The notes under the pieces were generated by a model that did not search any database, was not told where the DNA came from, and saw only the letters and a list, made by a program, of their open reading frames with translations. Both the position numbers and the translations under genes were made by a program. From the IMG/VR virus record IMGVR_UViG_3300027734_000038: a DNA stretch of 64,000 bases. One strand, written 5' to 3'. The DNA comes from a virus. Shown here piece after piece: positions 37,382 through 47,860 of the stretch. Position 1 is the stretch's first letter. Each line of letters starts with the position of its first letter.

Positions 37382-38005
37382 ATGGAACTGACAAAAGAAC
37401 AACTAAAACAATTATTACCAAAGAATCCATACATTGACAACTGGTATGGTGCTCTTTCACAATTGTTGCCAGATTACGAAATCAATACACCACAACGTAT
37501 TGCGGCCTTTATTGCCCAATGCGCTCACGAATCTGGTGAGTTCACCACACTCAAGGAAAATCTAAACTACAGAGCAGTTACACTCCGTAAGATATTTCCA
37601 AAGTATTTCCCTACTGATGAGATTGCCAATCATTACGCCAGCCTTCCAAACAAACAGGAAGCGATTGCCAATAAGGTCTACGCTAATCGTATGGGTAATG
37701 GAGATGAAGCGTCTGGTGATGGTTTCCGTTACTGTGGTCGTGGTTTAATCCAATTGACTGGTAAGAGTAATTACCAATCGTTTGCAGATAGTCTGGAAAT
37801 GAATGTTGAAGATGTGCCAGAATATTTACAAACATTTGAAGGTGCTGCACAATCAGCTTGCTGGTTTTGGGAATCAAACAACCTAAACCAATGGGCGGAT
37901 AAAGAAGATATCTTAACATTAACTAAACGTATCAATGGTGGTACGATTGGACTTGATGATAGAATTGCACATTATGAGCACGCTAAACATATTTTAGGAA
38001 CATAA
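37382..38005 (+). CDS. GH19 (chitinase-like) endolysin
   Basis: AAFIAQ.AHES, ENLNY, GDGFRY.GRGLIQLTG..NY, TKRINGG..GL.DR. Confidence 0.92.
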   Translation: MELTKEQLKQLLPKNPYIDNWYGALSQLLPDYEINTPQRIAAFIAQCAHESGEFTTLKENLNYRAVTLRKIFPKYFPTDEIANHYASLPNKQEAIANKVYANRMGNGDEASGDGFRYCGRGLIQLTGKSNYQSFADSLEMNVEDVPEYLQTFEGAAQSACWFWESNNLNQWADKEDILTLTKRINGGTIGLDDRIAHYEHAKHILGT

Positions 38006-38006
38006 T

Positions 38007-38384
38007 ATGGAATTGGAACAAATCAAAGAAAAGATGAGTGCTGGCGAAGCCAAAGGTGCGCTGATTGAAAAGGTAACATTTGCAGTATTGCCCATCATGT
38101 TTGCCTGTGTGGTATACTTGATGAACGCTTTGTCTAGTGTCAATCATCAGTTGACCATTCTCGAAAGCAAGATGCAGTTGGTGGTGACATCAGACAACAA
38201 ACAAGCACCAAACATGGGTGCTGAACTGGCTCGTGAAAAACTACGCCAAGACTTTATGCAACAGAATACAGAAGCACTAGCAAGAAGCGGTGCCAACAAA
38301 GCAGTGCTTGACACATTGGTATGGCGTGTTCAAGAGTTGGAAAAGCACAAAGAAAAACAAACTGCCAATGTTGGGAAGAAATAA
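38007..38384 (+). CDS. Single-TM membrane protein
   Basis: TM FAVLPIMFACVVYLM plus coiled coil. Confidence 0.6.
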   Translation: MELEQIKEKMSAGEAKGALIEKVTFAVLPIMFACVVYLMNALSSVNHQLTILESKMQLVVTSDNKQAPNMGAELAREKLRQDFMQQNTEALARSGANKAVLDTLVWRVQELEKHKEKQTANVGKK

Positions 38385-38386
38385 TC

Positions 38387-38770
38387 ATGGCCGATATTAA
38401 AAAAGACGAAGATTGGATGCAAAAAAGATGGCGTCCTGCCATGGGTTGGATGTATATGATTGTTTGTATGATGGACATGGTTATATTTCCTATTTTGTGG
38501 AGCATACTACAAGCATTAAATCACGGCCAAGTCAACAATCAATGGCAACCATTAACACTACAAGGTGCAGGATTATTTCATCTTGCTATGGGTGCAGTTC
38601 TTGGTATTGCTGCTTTTGGTAGAACACAAGAGAAGGTGGCTGGTACTGCTGCAAACAATATGCAGACACCCGCACCCGTATCAAGTTTTGTTGCACCAAC
38701 ACCTACGCCAATGCCAACAACCATGAGTGGAAAGTTTGCTCCACCACCGGCATCACAACCTGAACTATAA
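38387..38770 (+). CDS. Holin (GTA 3TM-holin-like)
   Basis: WRPAMGW, two TMs, GRTQEK; next to the endolysin. Confidence 0.75.
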   Translation: MADIKKDEDWMQKRWRPAMGWMYMIVCMMDMVIFPILWSILQALNHGQVNNQWQPLTLQGAGLFHLAMGAVLGIAAFGRTQEKVAGTAANNMQTPAPVSSFVAPTPTPMPTTMSGKFAPPPASQPEL

Positions 38771-38779
38771 GGAATCAAA

Positions 38780-39424
38780 ATGAAAAAATTATGTTTATCT
38801 CTATTGATGTTTTTTAGTGGTTTAACTTTTGCACAAACCACTCCTACGATTGCCTTGTGTGATGGTGATTATGCTCTTTGTGCAGCTTCTACTTGTAGAC
38901 TTACAGGTAATAAAATTCAAACTAATGATGGAAAATCTTGGCCAGAAGTTATTTGTACCTGTCCTATTCTAAAAGGTAAAGCAATTGCAGATTTGACTGG
39001 TGGTAATATGAAAGGTTCTTGTGCTGCTCCAACAGGTCAAGTATGGAGTTTATTTGCACCAAAAGTATATTATCCACAAGAAGCTAGTAACTTTGTAACT
39101 ACTCCAAAATCTGCAACTAGAGCATCAGTTCAAGCTTGCTCTGGACAATTTGCACAGGGGTCAACAAATTGCTGGAGTATGATTTGCACAATTGGAAAAA
39201 CAATTAATGGTTCACCTACTGCTGAGTGTAAGTGTCCTATTGGTCAAATTCAACACGGCACCGAGTTCTTAACAGAAGCTGGTCAAAGCAATCAATCTGC
39301 TTGCACCGAACATCCTGTTGCAGCACCTGACTTTTTATCATCATCATTATTGGAAAAACTTGATAAACCTGAAAATGATGAAAGTTTAATAAGAGAAATT
39401 GTAAAGAAAAGAAATAAAAAATGA
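38780..39424 (+). CDS. Secreted cysteine-rich protein
   Basis: Signal peptide; 12 Cys in the mature part. Confidence 0.65.
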   Translation: MKKLCLSLLMFFSGLTFAQTTPTIALCDGDYALCAASTCRLTGNKIQTNDGKSWPEVICTCPILKGKAIADLTGGNMKGSCAAPTGQVWSLFAPKVYYPQEASNFVTTPKSATRASVQACSGQFAQGSTNCWSMICTIGKTINGSPTAECKCPIGQIQHGTEFLTEAGQSNQSACTEHPVAAPDFLSSSLLEKLDKPENDESLIREIVKKRNKK

Positions 39425-39582
39425 AATCATTAATCTTAGCCCTAACATTAGTATTTGCATTACCAACCTTTGCATCCGAAACAAAAAAAGTTTGTGTTAA
39501 AGATTCTAAAGGTAAAGAAACTTGCAAAACAATTAAGGTGCATAAAAAATTAGAAGGTACGAAAGTACCAGAAAAAAAGTAA
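39421..39582 (+). CDS. Small secreted basic protein (absent from ORF track)
   Basis: MKSLILALTLVFALPTFA-SETKKVCVKDSKGKETCKTIKVHKKLEGTKVPEKK*. Confidence 0.6.
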   Translation: MKSLILALTLVFALPTFASETKKVCVKDSKGKETCKTIKVHKKLEGTKVPEKK

Positions 39583-40011
39583 ATGGCAGACAAATCACAA
39601 GAATGTGTTGATGTTTTAATAGACGTTGGCATATTAAAGACCCAAGTGTTGACATTATCAGCACTTTGTAATAAAATGGACCAAGTCATCGAAAAACTTG
39701 TGGACCAACACGACCGACATTTATCAAAGGTGTATGAATCAATGGACAGTCAAAGAAAAGAAAAAGATGATGATATTGCCGAAATACATCAAAGGGTGGA
39801 TATGGTATTGGATAAAGTGCAACAATCCGAAAATCGTATTATGGCAGAAATTAAAGATTTGAAAGAAACCATGGCTAACCATGTGGATTCATCCAAATCA
39901 CAATATGAGAAATTAAATCAATGGAAGTGGTCAATTGCCGGTGGTATTATTGTCATAACATGGTTGATTTCTCACTCAAGTTTTGATACAATACTGAAAG
40001 CATTGCGTTAA
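39583..40011 (+). CDS. Coiled-coil protein with C-terminal TM
   Basis: Heptad repeats; L.QWKW.IAGG then hydrophobic segment. Confidence 0.6.
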   Translation: MADKSQECVDVLIDVGILKTQVLTLSALCNKMDQVIEKLVDQHDRHLSKVYESMDSQRKEKDDDIAEIHQRVDMVLDKVQQSENRIMAEIKDLKETMANHVDSSKSQYEKLNQWKWSIAGGIIVITWLISHSSFDTILKALR

Positions 40012-40036
40012 ATAATTTTTTTATAATTGGTATATA

Positions 40037-41050
40037 ATGAGTATTTTTATTGATAGGCAGTTTTTGCTTAGGATTTCTCCTAAGCTTCAACGATTTACAC
40101 AGAAAAAGGATGACCTGTATAATTTCAGGTGTCCTCTCTGTGGAGATTCACAAAAAAATAAAACAAAATGTCGTGGATATGTTTATCGCAAAAAGAATGA
40201 CTATTTCTATATGTGTCATAATTGTGGTGCTGGAACAAATTTCTATAATTTCCTAGAAAAAGTTGATCCAACTTTAATTAAAGAATATTCTTTAGAAAGA
40301 TATAAGAATGGAGATAACAACAGAAGCAACCACATCGAACCAGATTTTCAGGAGTGTAAGCAAGAAGCGCCCAAGTTTAAGAAAGCCTTGGAACTTCCAT
40401 CACTTGACTCTTTACCAGAGGCGCATTTTGCTAAGAAGTATGTTCAACAAAGAAGGATTCCAGAGACCTTTTACTCGCAACTATACTTTGCGGAAGACTT
40501 TGCATCCTTCATACAAAATCTTGGGATTGAGAAAGATGGACTTCATAAGGAAGACAAGCGCCTCGTTATTCCCTTTTATGATAAAGAAAAAAACCTTGTT
40601 GCCATACAGGGGCGAGCGCTAGGAGAATCAAAGTTAAGATATATTACTATCAAACTGCATGATGATAACCAGAAAGTCTTTGGTGCTGATAGGATAGACG
40701 AGGACAAGACGATATATGTGGTGGAAGGTCCTATTGACAGTATGTTCCTAGACAATGCTGTGGCTACTGCGGACAGTAACTTGGAATCCATCACCTCTAT
40801 ATACGATAAGAGTAAAGTTGTTTTGGTGTTTGATAATGAACCAAGAAATAAAGAAATAGTTAAAAAAATTGATGATGCTATAGAAAATCATTTTCATGTT
40901 GTAATTTGGCCTGAAATGATTGATTCCAAAGACATTAATGATATGGTGCTTGATGGGTTTTCACCTGACGAAATCCAAGACATTATAAGTAAATATACGT
41001 TTGTAAATTTAAGAGCCAAAGCCGAATTGGTGAATTGGAAAAAGATTTAA
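40037..41050 (+). CDS. 61: DNA primase
   Basis: NFRCPLCGDS, CHNCG zinc finger; VEGPIDS, FDNEPRN, KDINDM. Confidence 0.95.
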   Translation: MSIFIDRQFLLRISPKLQRFTQKKDDLYNFRCPLCGDSQKNKTKCRGYVYRKKNDYFYMCHNCGAGTNFYNFLEKVDPTLIKEYSLERYKNGDNNRSNHIEPDFQECKQEAPKFKKALELPSLDSLPEAHFAKKYVQQRRIPETFYSQLYFAEDFASFIQNLGIEKDGLHKEDKRLVIPFYDKEKNLVAIQGRALGESKLRYITIKLHDDNQKVFGADRIDEDKTIYVVEGPIDSMFLDNAVATADSNLESITSIYDKSKVVLVFDNEPRNKEIVKKIDDAIENHFHVVIWPEMIDSKDINDMVLDGFSPDEIQDIISKYTFVNLRAKAELVNWKKI

Positions 41051-41097
41051 GTTTGTGTAGTAAAATAATAATAACGATAACACTTTAAGGCAAAAGC

Positions 41098-42903
41098 ATG
41101 ACTGACTATTTGGGCATTAAAATAGATTTGGAACGAGATAAATTATTTGATGAACTTGGAATTAAACGATTACAAGAATCATACATGAAAGAAGATGAAA
41201 CTTCACCACAACATAGATTTGCATTTGTATCAAAATCATTTGGAACTAACGATGAACACGCACAAAGACTATATGAATACAGCAGTAAGCATTGGCTCTC
41301 TTATTCTACTCCCATTCTCAGTTTTGGTCGTAGTAAGCGTGGGATGCCTATATCATGTTTCCTTAATTATATTGAAGATACTGCGGAGGGATTAGTTGAT
41401 AATCTATCAGAAACTAATTGGCTTTCTATGCTCGGGGGTGGTGTTGGCATTGGCTTTGGTATTCGTTCAGCAGACGATAAATCTACTGGTGTCATGCCTC
41501 ACCTCAAAATCTATGACGCCAGTTCTTTGGCATACAGGCAAGGTCGCACTCGCCGGGGCAGTTATGCTGCTTACCTCGACATTTCTCATCCGGACATTAT
41601 CGGGTTTTTAGAAATGCGTAAACCGACTGGTGATCCAAACCAGCGGTGTTTAAATTTACATCACGGCATCAATATTACAGATGAGTTTATGCACATCATT
41701 GAACAGTCTATGTTGGATCCTGAATTCGATGATTCATGGAATCTAGTTGATCCAGCATCAAAAGAAATCCGTGAAACTGTATCAGCAAAGATGTTATGGC
41801 AAATGATCCTTGAGTTGCGTATGCACACAGGTGAACCATATATTCATTATATTGATACAAGCAACAATCATTTACCGCAATGGTTGAAAGATAAAGGTTT
41901 GAAAGTTCATCAATCAAATCTTTGTTCTGAAATCATTTTACCAACAAACGAAGAACGAACAGCCGTATGTTGTTTATCTTCATTGAATCTGGAGACTTAT
42001 GATGAATGGAAAGATAACAAACTATTTCTCAAAGATGTTGCTGAGATGCTTGATAACGTGCTTAACTTCTTCATCGATAATGCTCCTGACGCTATTGCTC
42101 GTGCTAGATACTCCGCTCAGCGAGAGCGCTCTATTGGTATTGGTGCTCTCGGGTTTCATGCTTATCTACAACGTAACGGAATTGCTTTTGAAGGTGTTAT
42201 GGCCAAAGTTGCCAACAACCGCATTTTCAAATCTATTCGAGAAGGACTAAATGAAGCTAATAAACAACTTGGATTGGAAAGAGGTGAGGCTCCTGATGCG
42301 GTGGGAACTGGCAATCGTTTCAGTCATCTTATGGCTATTGCACCAAACGCATCTTCTTCAATTATTATGGGTAACACTAGCCCTAGTATTGAGCCTTACC
42401 GTGCTAATGCTTATCGACAAGATACTCTTTCGGGATCCTTCTTAAATAAGAATAAATGGTTAGATGCGGTTATTCAAAATCATTTAACCAATGAAAAACA
42501 TGAAATTAATACTGATGAGTATAATGACATCTGGTCATCAATCATTGCTAATGATGGTTCAGTTCAACATCTTGATATTTTAGACCAACATGAAAAAGAT
42601 GTATTCAAGACATCGATGGAAATCGACCAACGATGGGTAATTGAACTGGCTGGTGATAGACAACAATATATTGACCAAGCACAGTCATTGAATTTATTCT
42701 TTAGACCAGATGCACACATCAAATATATCCACGCCATTCACTTTATGGCATGGAAAAAAGGACTGAAAACACTTTACTACTGCCGTTCTGAAAAGATTGG
42801 TAAGGCTGATAAAGTATCTAAGAAGATTGAAAGAAATGTTATCAAAGAGTTAGATATGACACAAATTGCTCAAGGCAACGATTGTATTGCTTGCGAGGGA
42901 TAA
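41098..42903 (+). CDS. nrdA: Ribonucleotide reductase class Ia alpha subunit (no ATP cone)
   Basis: ISCF, GGGVG, SNLCSE, APNASSS, KTLYY, C-terminal CIACEG. Confidence 0.95.
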   Translation: MTDYLGIKIDLERDKLFDELGIKRLQESYMKEDETSPQHRFAFVSKSFGTNDEHAQRLYEYSSKHWLSYSTPILSFGRSKRGMPISCFLNYIEDTAEGLVDNLSETNWLSMLGGGVGIGFGIRSADDKSTGVMPHLKIYDASSLAYRQGRTRRGSYAAYLDISHPDIIGFLEMRKPTGDPNQRCLNLHHGINITDEFMHIIEQSMLDPEFDDSWNLVDPASKEIRETVSAKMLWQMILELRMHTGEPYIHYIDTSNNHLPQWLKDKGLKVHQSNLCSEIILPTNEERTAVCCLSSLNLETYDEWKDNKLFLKDVAEMLDNVLNFFIDNAPDAIARARYSAQRERSIGIGALGFHAYLQRNGIAFEGVMAKVANNRIFKSIREGLNEANKQLGLERGEAPDAVGTGNRFSHLMAIAPNASSSIIMGNTSPSIEPYRANAYRQDTLSGSFLNKNKWLDAVIQNHLTNEKHEINTDEYNDIWSSIIANDGSVQHLDILDQHEKDVFKTSMEIDQRWVIELAGDRQQYIDQAQSLNLFFRPDAHIKYIHAIHFMAWKKGLKTLYYCRSEKIGKADKVSKKIERNVIKELDMTQIAQGNDCIACEG

Positions 42904-43290
42904 ATGGCATACTCAGATAAAGTATTAGACCATTACGAAAATCCACGCAACGTTGGTAAAATGGATTCAACTGATGAAAACGTTGGCACAGGTATGGTGG
43001 GAGCACCTGCCTGTGGTGATGTAATGAAACTTCAAATCAAAGTGCAAGATGGAATAATTACTGATGCAAAATTTAAAACTTACGGGTGCGGCTCGGCTAT
43101 TGCAAGTAGTTCGCTCGTCACGGAGTGGGTCAAGGGTAAAACGTTGGACCAAGCTAGACAAATTAAGAATGCTGAAATTGCAGAGGAACTCGCACTCCCG
43201 CCGGTTAAGATTCATTGTAGTATCCTTGCGGAAGACGCTATTAAAGCAGCAATAAAAGATTACGAACTTAAATGTTCATGTAAGGTATAA
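42904..43290 (+). CDS. iscU: Fe-S cluster scaffold IscU
   Basis: [41 protein letters not shown]. Confidence 0.96.
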   Translation: MAYSDKVLDHYENPRNVGKMDSTDENVGTGMVGAPACGDVMKLQIKVQDGIITDAKFKTYGCGSAIASSSLVTEWVKGKTLDQARQIKNAEIAEELALPPVKIHCSILAEDAIKAAIKDYELKCSCKV

Positions 43291-43291
43291 A

Positions 43292-43618
43292 ATGGTTACT
43301 GTAACAGATAACGCTTTCAATAAAATTAGAGATTTAATTGTTGAAGAAAAAGATAACGATAATTTGGCATTAAGAATGTCAGTTAAAGGTGGAGGATGTT
43401 CAGGTTTTCAATATGAATTCACCTTTGATGACAAACAAGAAGAAGATGATTTTGTGATTGAAAAAGATTCCATTAAAGTGTTTGTTGATTCAATGTCAGC
43501 ACAATACTTAATGGGAGCAACTTTAGATTATAAAGATGAAAAATTTAATTCACAATTTATTATAACTAATCCAGAGGTTAAATCGACCTGTGGTTGTGGT
43601 TCATCAGTAGCATTTTGA
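43292..43618 (+). CDS. erpA: A-type Fe-S carrier (ErpA/IscA)
   Basis: [11 protein letters not shown]....TCGCGSS. Confidence 0.88.
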   Translation: MVTVTDNAFNKIRDLIVEEKDNDNLALRMSVKGGGCSGFQYEFTFDDKQEEDDFVIEKDSIKVFVDSMSAQYLMGATLDYKDEKFNSQFIITNPEVKSTCGCGSSVAF

Positions 43619-44253
43619 AACCTACACTTGCTTTATTTGTATGTGATCCTAAATGTTCCATACAATCAAGTAATGGTGTAATCAAAGCATTATCTTCACA
43701 CTATAATTTTAAATTATTTTCAAAGAATGAAGTTGAAGATGGATTTCTTGATGGCGTAGATATGGTTGTTTTTCCTGGTGGATTTGGAAGTTCAGATTCA
43801 TATGATACTATACTTAAAAATAATACAAAATTAATAACTGATTTTGTAAAAAACAGAGGCAGGTATCTTGGTATTTGTATGGGAGCATATTGGGCTGGTA
43901 AACATTACTTCAACATACTTGACAATGTGGATGCAGTTCAGTATATTAAACAACCTAATACTGATACAAAAAGGCCTCACGCCAAAGCAATCAACGTTAC
44001 ATGGAATGGCCAAAAAGAAAAGATGTTTTTTTATGATGGTTGTGCTTTAACAGGTGAAGAATTTAAAACAATTGCAACATACGCTAACGGAGATCCAATG
44101 GCGATAATACAAAAAAGAATTGGATTGATAGGTTGTCATCCTGAGAGTGAGAAGTTTTGGTATGATAGTTATTCTTGGATGAAACCACATTGGCATAATA
44201 ATAGCCATCATAAATTATTATTAGAGTTTGTCGATGAATTAATGCAGCAATAA
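43615..44253 (+). CDS. Class I glutamine amidotransferase-like (BPL_N) protein
   Basis: [17 protein letters not shown]. Confidence 0.8.
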   Translation: MKPTLALFVCDPKCSIQSSNGVIKALSSHYNFKLFSKNEVEDGFLDGVDMVVFPGGFGSSDSYDTILKNNTKLITDFVKNRGRYLGICMGAYWAGKHYFNILDNVDAVQYIKQPNTDTKRPHAKAINVTWNGQKEKMFFYDGCALTGEEFKTIATYANGDPMAIIQKRIGLIGCHPESEKFWYDSYSWMKPHWHNNSHHKLLLEFVDELMQQ

Positions 44254-44261
44254 AGGAAAAA

Positions 44262-45248
44262 ATGATTAAAAAAACAGAATCAAGAATGACCGATGAACGG
44301 ACATATTTTAAACCTTTTAATTATCCTTGGGCTTATGATGCATGGCTCAAGCATGAGCAATCTCACTGGTTACATACTGAAGTACCAATGCTCGAGGATG
44401 TTAAGGATTGGAAAAAGAAACTTACTAAGGAAGAGAAACAATTTCTCACACACATCTTTAGATTCTTCACCCAAGGAGATATTGACGTTGCTGGCGGTTA
44501 TGTTAACAATTATCTTCCTTATTTCCCCCAACCCGAAATACGAATGATGTTGTTGGGCTTTGCTGCTCGTGAAGCCTTACATATTGCTGCTTACTCACAT
44601 TTGATTGAAACTCTTGGATTACCGGATACAACATACAATGAATTTATGGAGTATGCTGAAATGAAAGAGAAGCACGACTATGTGTTGAATATCTCCAGTC
44701 AAAATACTACCAAAGAAAATACAGCAACACATATTGCCGTGTTCTCTGCCTTTACTGAAGGTATGCAGTTGTTCTCATCATTCATTATGTTGTTGAATTT
44801 CCCACGCCATGGCAAGATGAAAGGTATGGGTCAGATTGTTACTTGGTCTATTGTTGATGAAACGCAACATACGGAGAATATGGTTAAATTATTCCGCACA
44901 TACATAGAAGAAAATCGTGAGATTTGGAACGATGAGCTCAAAGGTAGATTATACACCATTGCTGAACGCATGGTAGAATTAGAAGATAAGTTTATTGACC
45001 TGGCATTTCAGATGGGCGCCATGGAAGATTTATCTGCTGAAGATGTTAAGAAGTATATTCGTTATATTGCCGACCGCAGATTGATTTCTTTAGGACTCAA
45101 AGGTCAGTTTAAAGTGAAACGTAATCCTTTACCATGGGTAGAGGAAATGATTAACGCACCAACTCACACAAACTTCTTTGAAAATAGAGCAACCGATTAC
45201 GCTAAAGGTGCCTTGTCTGGAGATTGGGGTGATGTGTGGGCCAAATAA
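44262..45248 (+). CDS. nrdB: Ribonucleotide reductase class Ia beta subunit
   Basis: FFTQGD, EALHIAAY, EGMQLFSSF, DETQH, NFFE. Confidence 0.95.
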   Translation: MIKKTESRMTDERTYFKPFNYPWAYDAWLKHEQSHWLHTEVPMLEDVKDWKKKLTKEEKQFLTHIFRFFTQGDIDVAGGYVNNYLPYFPQPEIRMMLLGFAAREALHIAAYSHLIETLGLPDTTYNEFMEYAEMKEKHDYVLNISSQNTTKENTATHIAVFSAFTEGMQLFSSFIMLLNFPRHGKMKGMGQIVTWSIVDETQHTENMVKLFRTYIEENREIWNDELKGRLYTIAERMVELEDKFIDLAFQMGAMEDLSAEDVKKYIRYIADRRLISLGLKGQFKVKRNPLPWVEEMINAPTHTNFFENRATDYAKGALSGDWGDVWAK

Positions 45249-45257
45249 GGAAGTATA

Positions 45258-45443
45258 ATGACACACAAACAATTATCAGGAGAATGTTTAAGTTGTGAAT
45301 CAACTTATACTGTATCATTTATGGAAGAAATGGTCTCACAAGATTTACCTGAAATGTGTCCGTTTTGTGGTGAACAAATCGAAGAATTATCCGAGGACTA
45401 TATAGAGGATGATGAAGATTTGGATACTGGAGAATGGGACTAA
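45258..45443 (+). CDS. Small acidic zinc-ribbon protein
   Basis: CLSC...CPFCG. Confidence 0.7.
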   Translation: MTHKQLSGECLSCESTYTVSFMEEMVSQDLPEMCPFCGEQIEELSEDYIEDDEDLDTGEWD

Positions 45444-45880
45444 ACTGGCAATATGATGGTAAAGATTTTACTGAAGATTTGATTGGTAATAATTACGGGT
45501 TCGTGTATCAGATAATTAATCTGACGAATGGTAGAAAATACATAGGCAAGAAATTCTTTTATTCTGCCAAAACCAAACAAGTCAAAGGTAAGAAAAAACG
45601 ATATAAAGCACCAAGTGATTGGCAAACTTACTATGGAAGTAGTGCCGAATTGGTTCAAGATGTGTTATCATTAGGGAATGAAAACTTCACTAGAGAAATA
45701 CTACATCTTTGCCAATCCAAAGGCGAATGTGGTTATCTTGAAGCTAAAGAACAATTTATCCGTGGTGTCATGGAATCAGATGACTACTACAACTCATGGA
45801 TAATGGTACGAGTTAGAAAATCACATATCAAGGACTATAATGCTAGACTTCTTAAAATATCTGAAGGAAGAACCGTTTGA
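45434..45880 (+). CDS. GIY-YIG-family endonuclease
   Basis: GFVY.I.N..NGRKYIGKK, YYGSS, FTREIL, E...Q, YYN. Confidence 0.75.
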   Translation: MGLNWQYDGKDFTEDLIGNNYGFVYQIINLTNGRKYIGKKFFYSAKTKQVKGKKKRYKAPSDWQTYYGSSAELVQDVLSLGNENFTREILHLCQSKGECGYLEAKEQFIRGVMESDDYYNSWIMVRVRKSHIKDYNARLLKISEGRTV

Positions 45881-46190
45881 CTTTTTAACCTTTTTAGAAG
45901 GTGACGAAAAAGACCAGATTACAATCATAGGACAAGAGTATGCTAATAAAGGTCTTCCAGTTGGCGGAAGCACTCTAGGTGAATCTTATCACATTGTCTT
46001 GTTCAGAGATAGTAAAGAAAAAAAAGATGAGTATGGCGACTTGGATTCGTTTGAGGCAATACTATCAGATCCATTAGAATACATTTCTGGATTAATACCA
46101 TCCGGATTTTATGGTATAATTGCTAAAAGAACGACCACATCAGAAAAAATAATTAATAAACTACTTGACAATATGAAAGAATCCATGTAA
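45840..46190 (+). CDS. Hypothetical protein
   Basis: 116-aa ORF. Confidence 0.5.
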   Translation: MLDFLKYLKEEPFDFLTFLEGDEKDQITIIGQEYANKGLPVGGSTLGESYHIVLFRDSKEKKDEYGDLDSFEAILSDPLEYISGLIPSGFYGIIAKRTTTSEKIINKLLDNMKESM

Positions 46191-46221
46191 AATGGAGTTT
46201 TGAAACTATTGAAAGTTTGGT

Positions 46222-47067
46222 ATGATTCTCGTTGACTTAAATCAAGTATTACTATCTGGTCTTATGGCACAGATATCAAATCAGAAAGGTGTAAAGCTGG
46301 ATGAAAATCTAGTAAGACACATGATTCTGAATATTCTGCGTATGCACATTCGAAATTTCCGTAAAGAATATGGTGATGTTGTATTGTGTTGCGATAATCG
46401 TAAGTATTGGCGTAAAGAGTATTTTCCATTCTACAAAGCTGGCCGTAAGAAAACTCGTGAAAAATCAGATTTAGATTGGCACATGATTTTCGATATGTTG
46501 GCCAAGTTCAAGGTAGAACTCAAAGAAAACTTCCCATATAAAGTAATTGATGTAGAAGGTGCTGAAGCGGATGATATCATTGGTACATTAACGCCAATTT
46601 ATTCGGCACACGAAAAGATTTTGATTCTTTCTAGTGATGGTGATTTTTTACAATTACAAAACTATAAAGATGTAAAACAATACAATCCTGCACAAAAGAA
46701 ATATGTAATCTCCAAGAACCCAATCATGGATTTAAAAGAGAAGATTATTCGTGGTGATAAAGGTGATGGCATTCCTAATATCTTATCACCTGGAGATTGT
46801 TTTGTGCGTGACCTAAGACAGAAACCAATTACCAAAGGTACACTTGACAAACTTATGCAGGAGAGTTACCTTGAACAGGATGAAACGACCAAGGCCAATT
46901 ATATGCGTAATGCTACATTAATTGACTTAACTTTTATTCCAATTGAGATTAAAGAAAAAATTATAAATACATATGAAGAAACAAAACCGGCATCTCGCCA
47001 AAAGTTACTGAACTATTTTATAGAACATAAACTGAAAAACTTAATGGATGTAATAGAGGAATTTTAA
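46222..47067 (+). CDS. rnh: RNase H / 5'-3' flap exonuclease
   Basis: MILVD, WR...FP.YK..R, EADDIIG, SSDGDF.QL, GDKGDGIPN. Confidence 0.93.
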   Translation: MILVDLNQVLLSGLMAQISNQKGVKLDENLVRHMILNILRMHIRNFRKEYGDVVLCCDNRKYWRKEYFPFYKAGRKKTREKSDLDWHMIFDMLAKFKVELKENFPYKVIDVEGAEADDIIGTLTPIYSAHEKILILSSDGDFLQLQNYKDVKQYNPAQKKYVISKNPIMDLKEKIIRGDKGDGIPNILSPGDCFVRDLRQKPITKGTLDKLMQESYLEQDETTKANYMRNATLIDLTFIPIEIKEKIINTYEETKPASRQKLLNYFIEHKLKNLMDVIEEF

Positions 47068-47489
47068 TGAAAAATATTTATGAAGTATTTGATGAATTTG
47101 AAGAAGCCAATGGTAAAAAAGCCAAGATGGAAGTAATAGAGAAGAACCTATCAAAGACTTTGGTGGATGTCTTACAATTCACATTTCATCCAGATTGTAA
47201 TTGGAAAATCAAGGATATGCCAGAGAACTACAAAATTCCTGATACAAAACCAGGAATCTCACCATGTCAACTTTCTACCGAAATTAGAAAGTTGTATCTA
47301 TTTCAGGAAGGACATCCTGAAGCTGAAAAATTATCCCCAAGAAGGCAAAATGAACTATTGATTCTTTTATTGGAATCTTTAGAACCTCGTGAAGCTGAAG
47401 TTATTATTGGTATCTTTAGAAAAGACCAAGGCGTGAGAGGTTTAGATTATAAATTCGTAAAGGAAGCATTTCCCACTCTCATACCTTAA
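47067..47489 (+). CDS. Conserved T4-like hypothetical protein
   Basis: LLESL.P.EAE...VKEAFP; follows rnh. Confidence 0.65.
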   Translation: MKNIYEVFDEFEEANGKKAKMEVIEKNLSKTLVDVLQFTFHPDCNWKIKDMPENYKIPDTKPGISPCQLSTEIRKLYLFQEGHPEAEKLSPRRQNELLILLLESLEPREAEVIIGIFRKDQGVRGLDYKFVKEAFPTLIP

Positions 47490-47860
47490 TGCAAAAAAGA
47501 GATAGAATAATTATCGTCTGTGGTGAATTCGACCCGTTAACATCGGAAGACCTCCAATTTCTAAAAAAAAGTAAACGAAAGGGAGATTGGTTGGTTGTCG
47601 GAGTTCATTCAGATTGGTGGATGATGTATGCTCGTGGAGGGTTTGTTCACAACTACGACACTCGCCGAGATATTGTAAGTAATCTTAGATGTGTTGATGA
47701 ACTGTTCACTTTCAATGATTCTGATGGCACAGTCTGTCAGCTTCTCAAAATTGTAAAAATTTGTTATCCAAATACCGATATCACTTATGTGTCGGATATG
47801 GATATGCATAATATGCCGGAAACAAAAATCAGAGGCATAACATTTGAAACCATGAAATAG
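47489..47860 (+). CDS. Cytidylyltransferase-like protein with degenerate HxGH motif
   Basis: GEFDPLTSED, GDWLVVGVHSD, R..IV..LRCVD. Confidence 0.7.
   Translation: MQKRDRIIIVCGEFDPLTSEDLQFLKKSKRKGDWLVVGVHSDWWMMYARGGFVHNYDTRRDIVSNLRCVDELFTFNDSDGTVCQLLKIVKICYPNTDITYVSDMDMHNMPETKIRGITFETMK

Noticed and set aside
12050-45248. Introns or inteins in gp43, gp41, nrdA or nrdB
   Set aside because: All are continuous ORFs of normal length without intein or homing-nuclease insertions
46962-46969. TATAAATA inside rnh
   Set aside because: Lies in AT-rich coding sequence and may be chance; not called without transcript data
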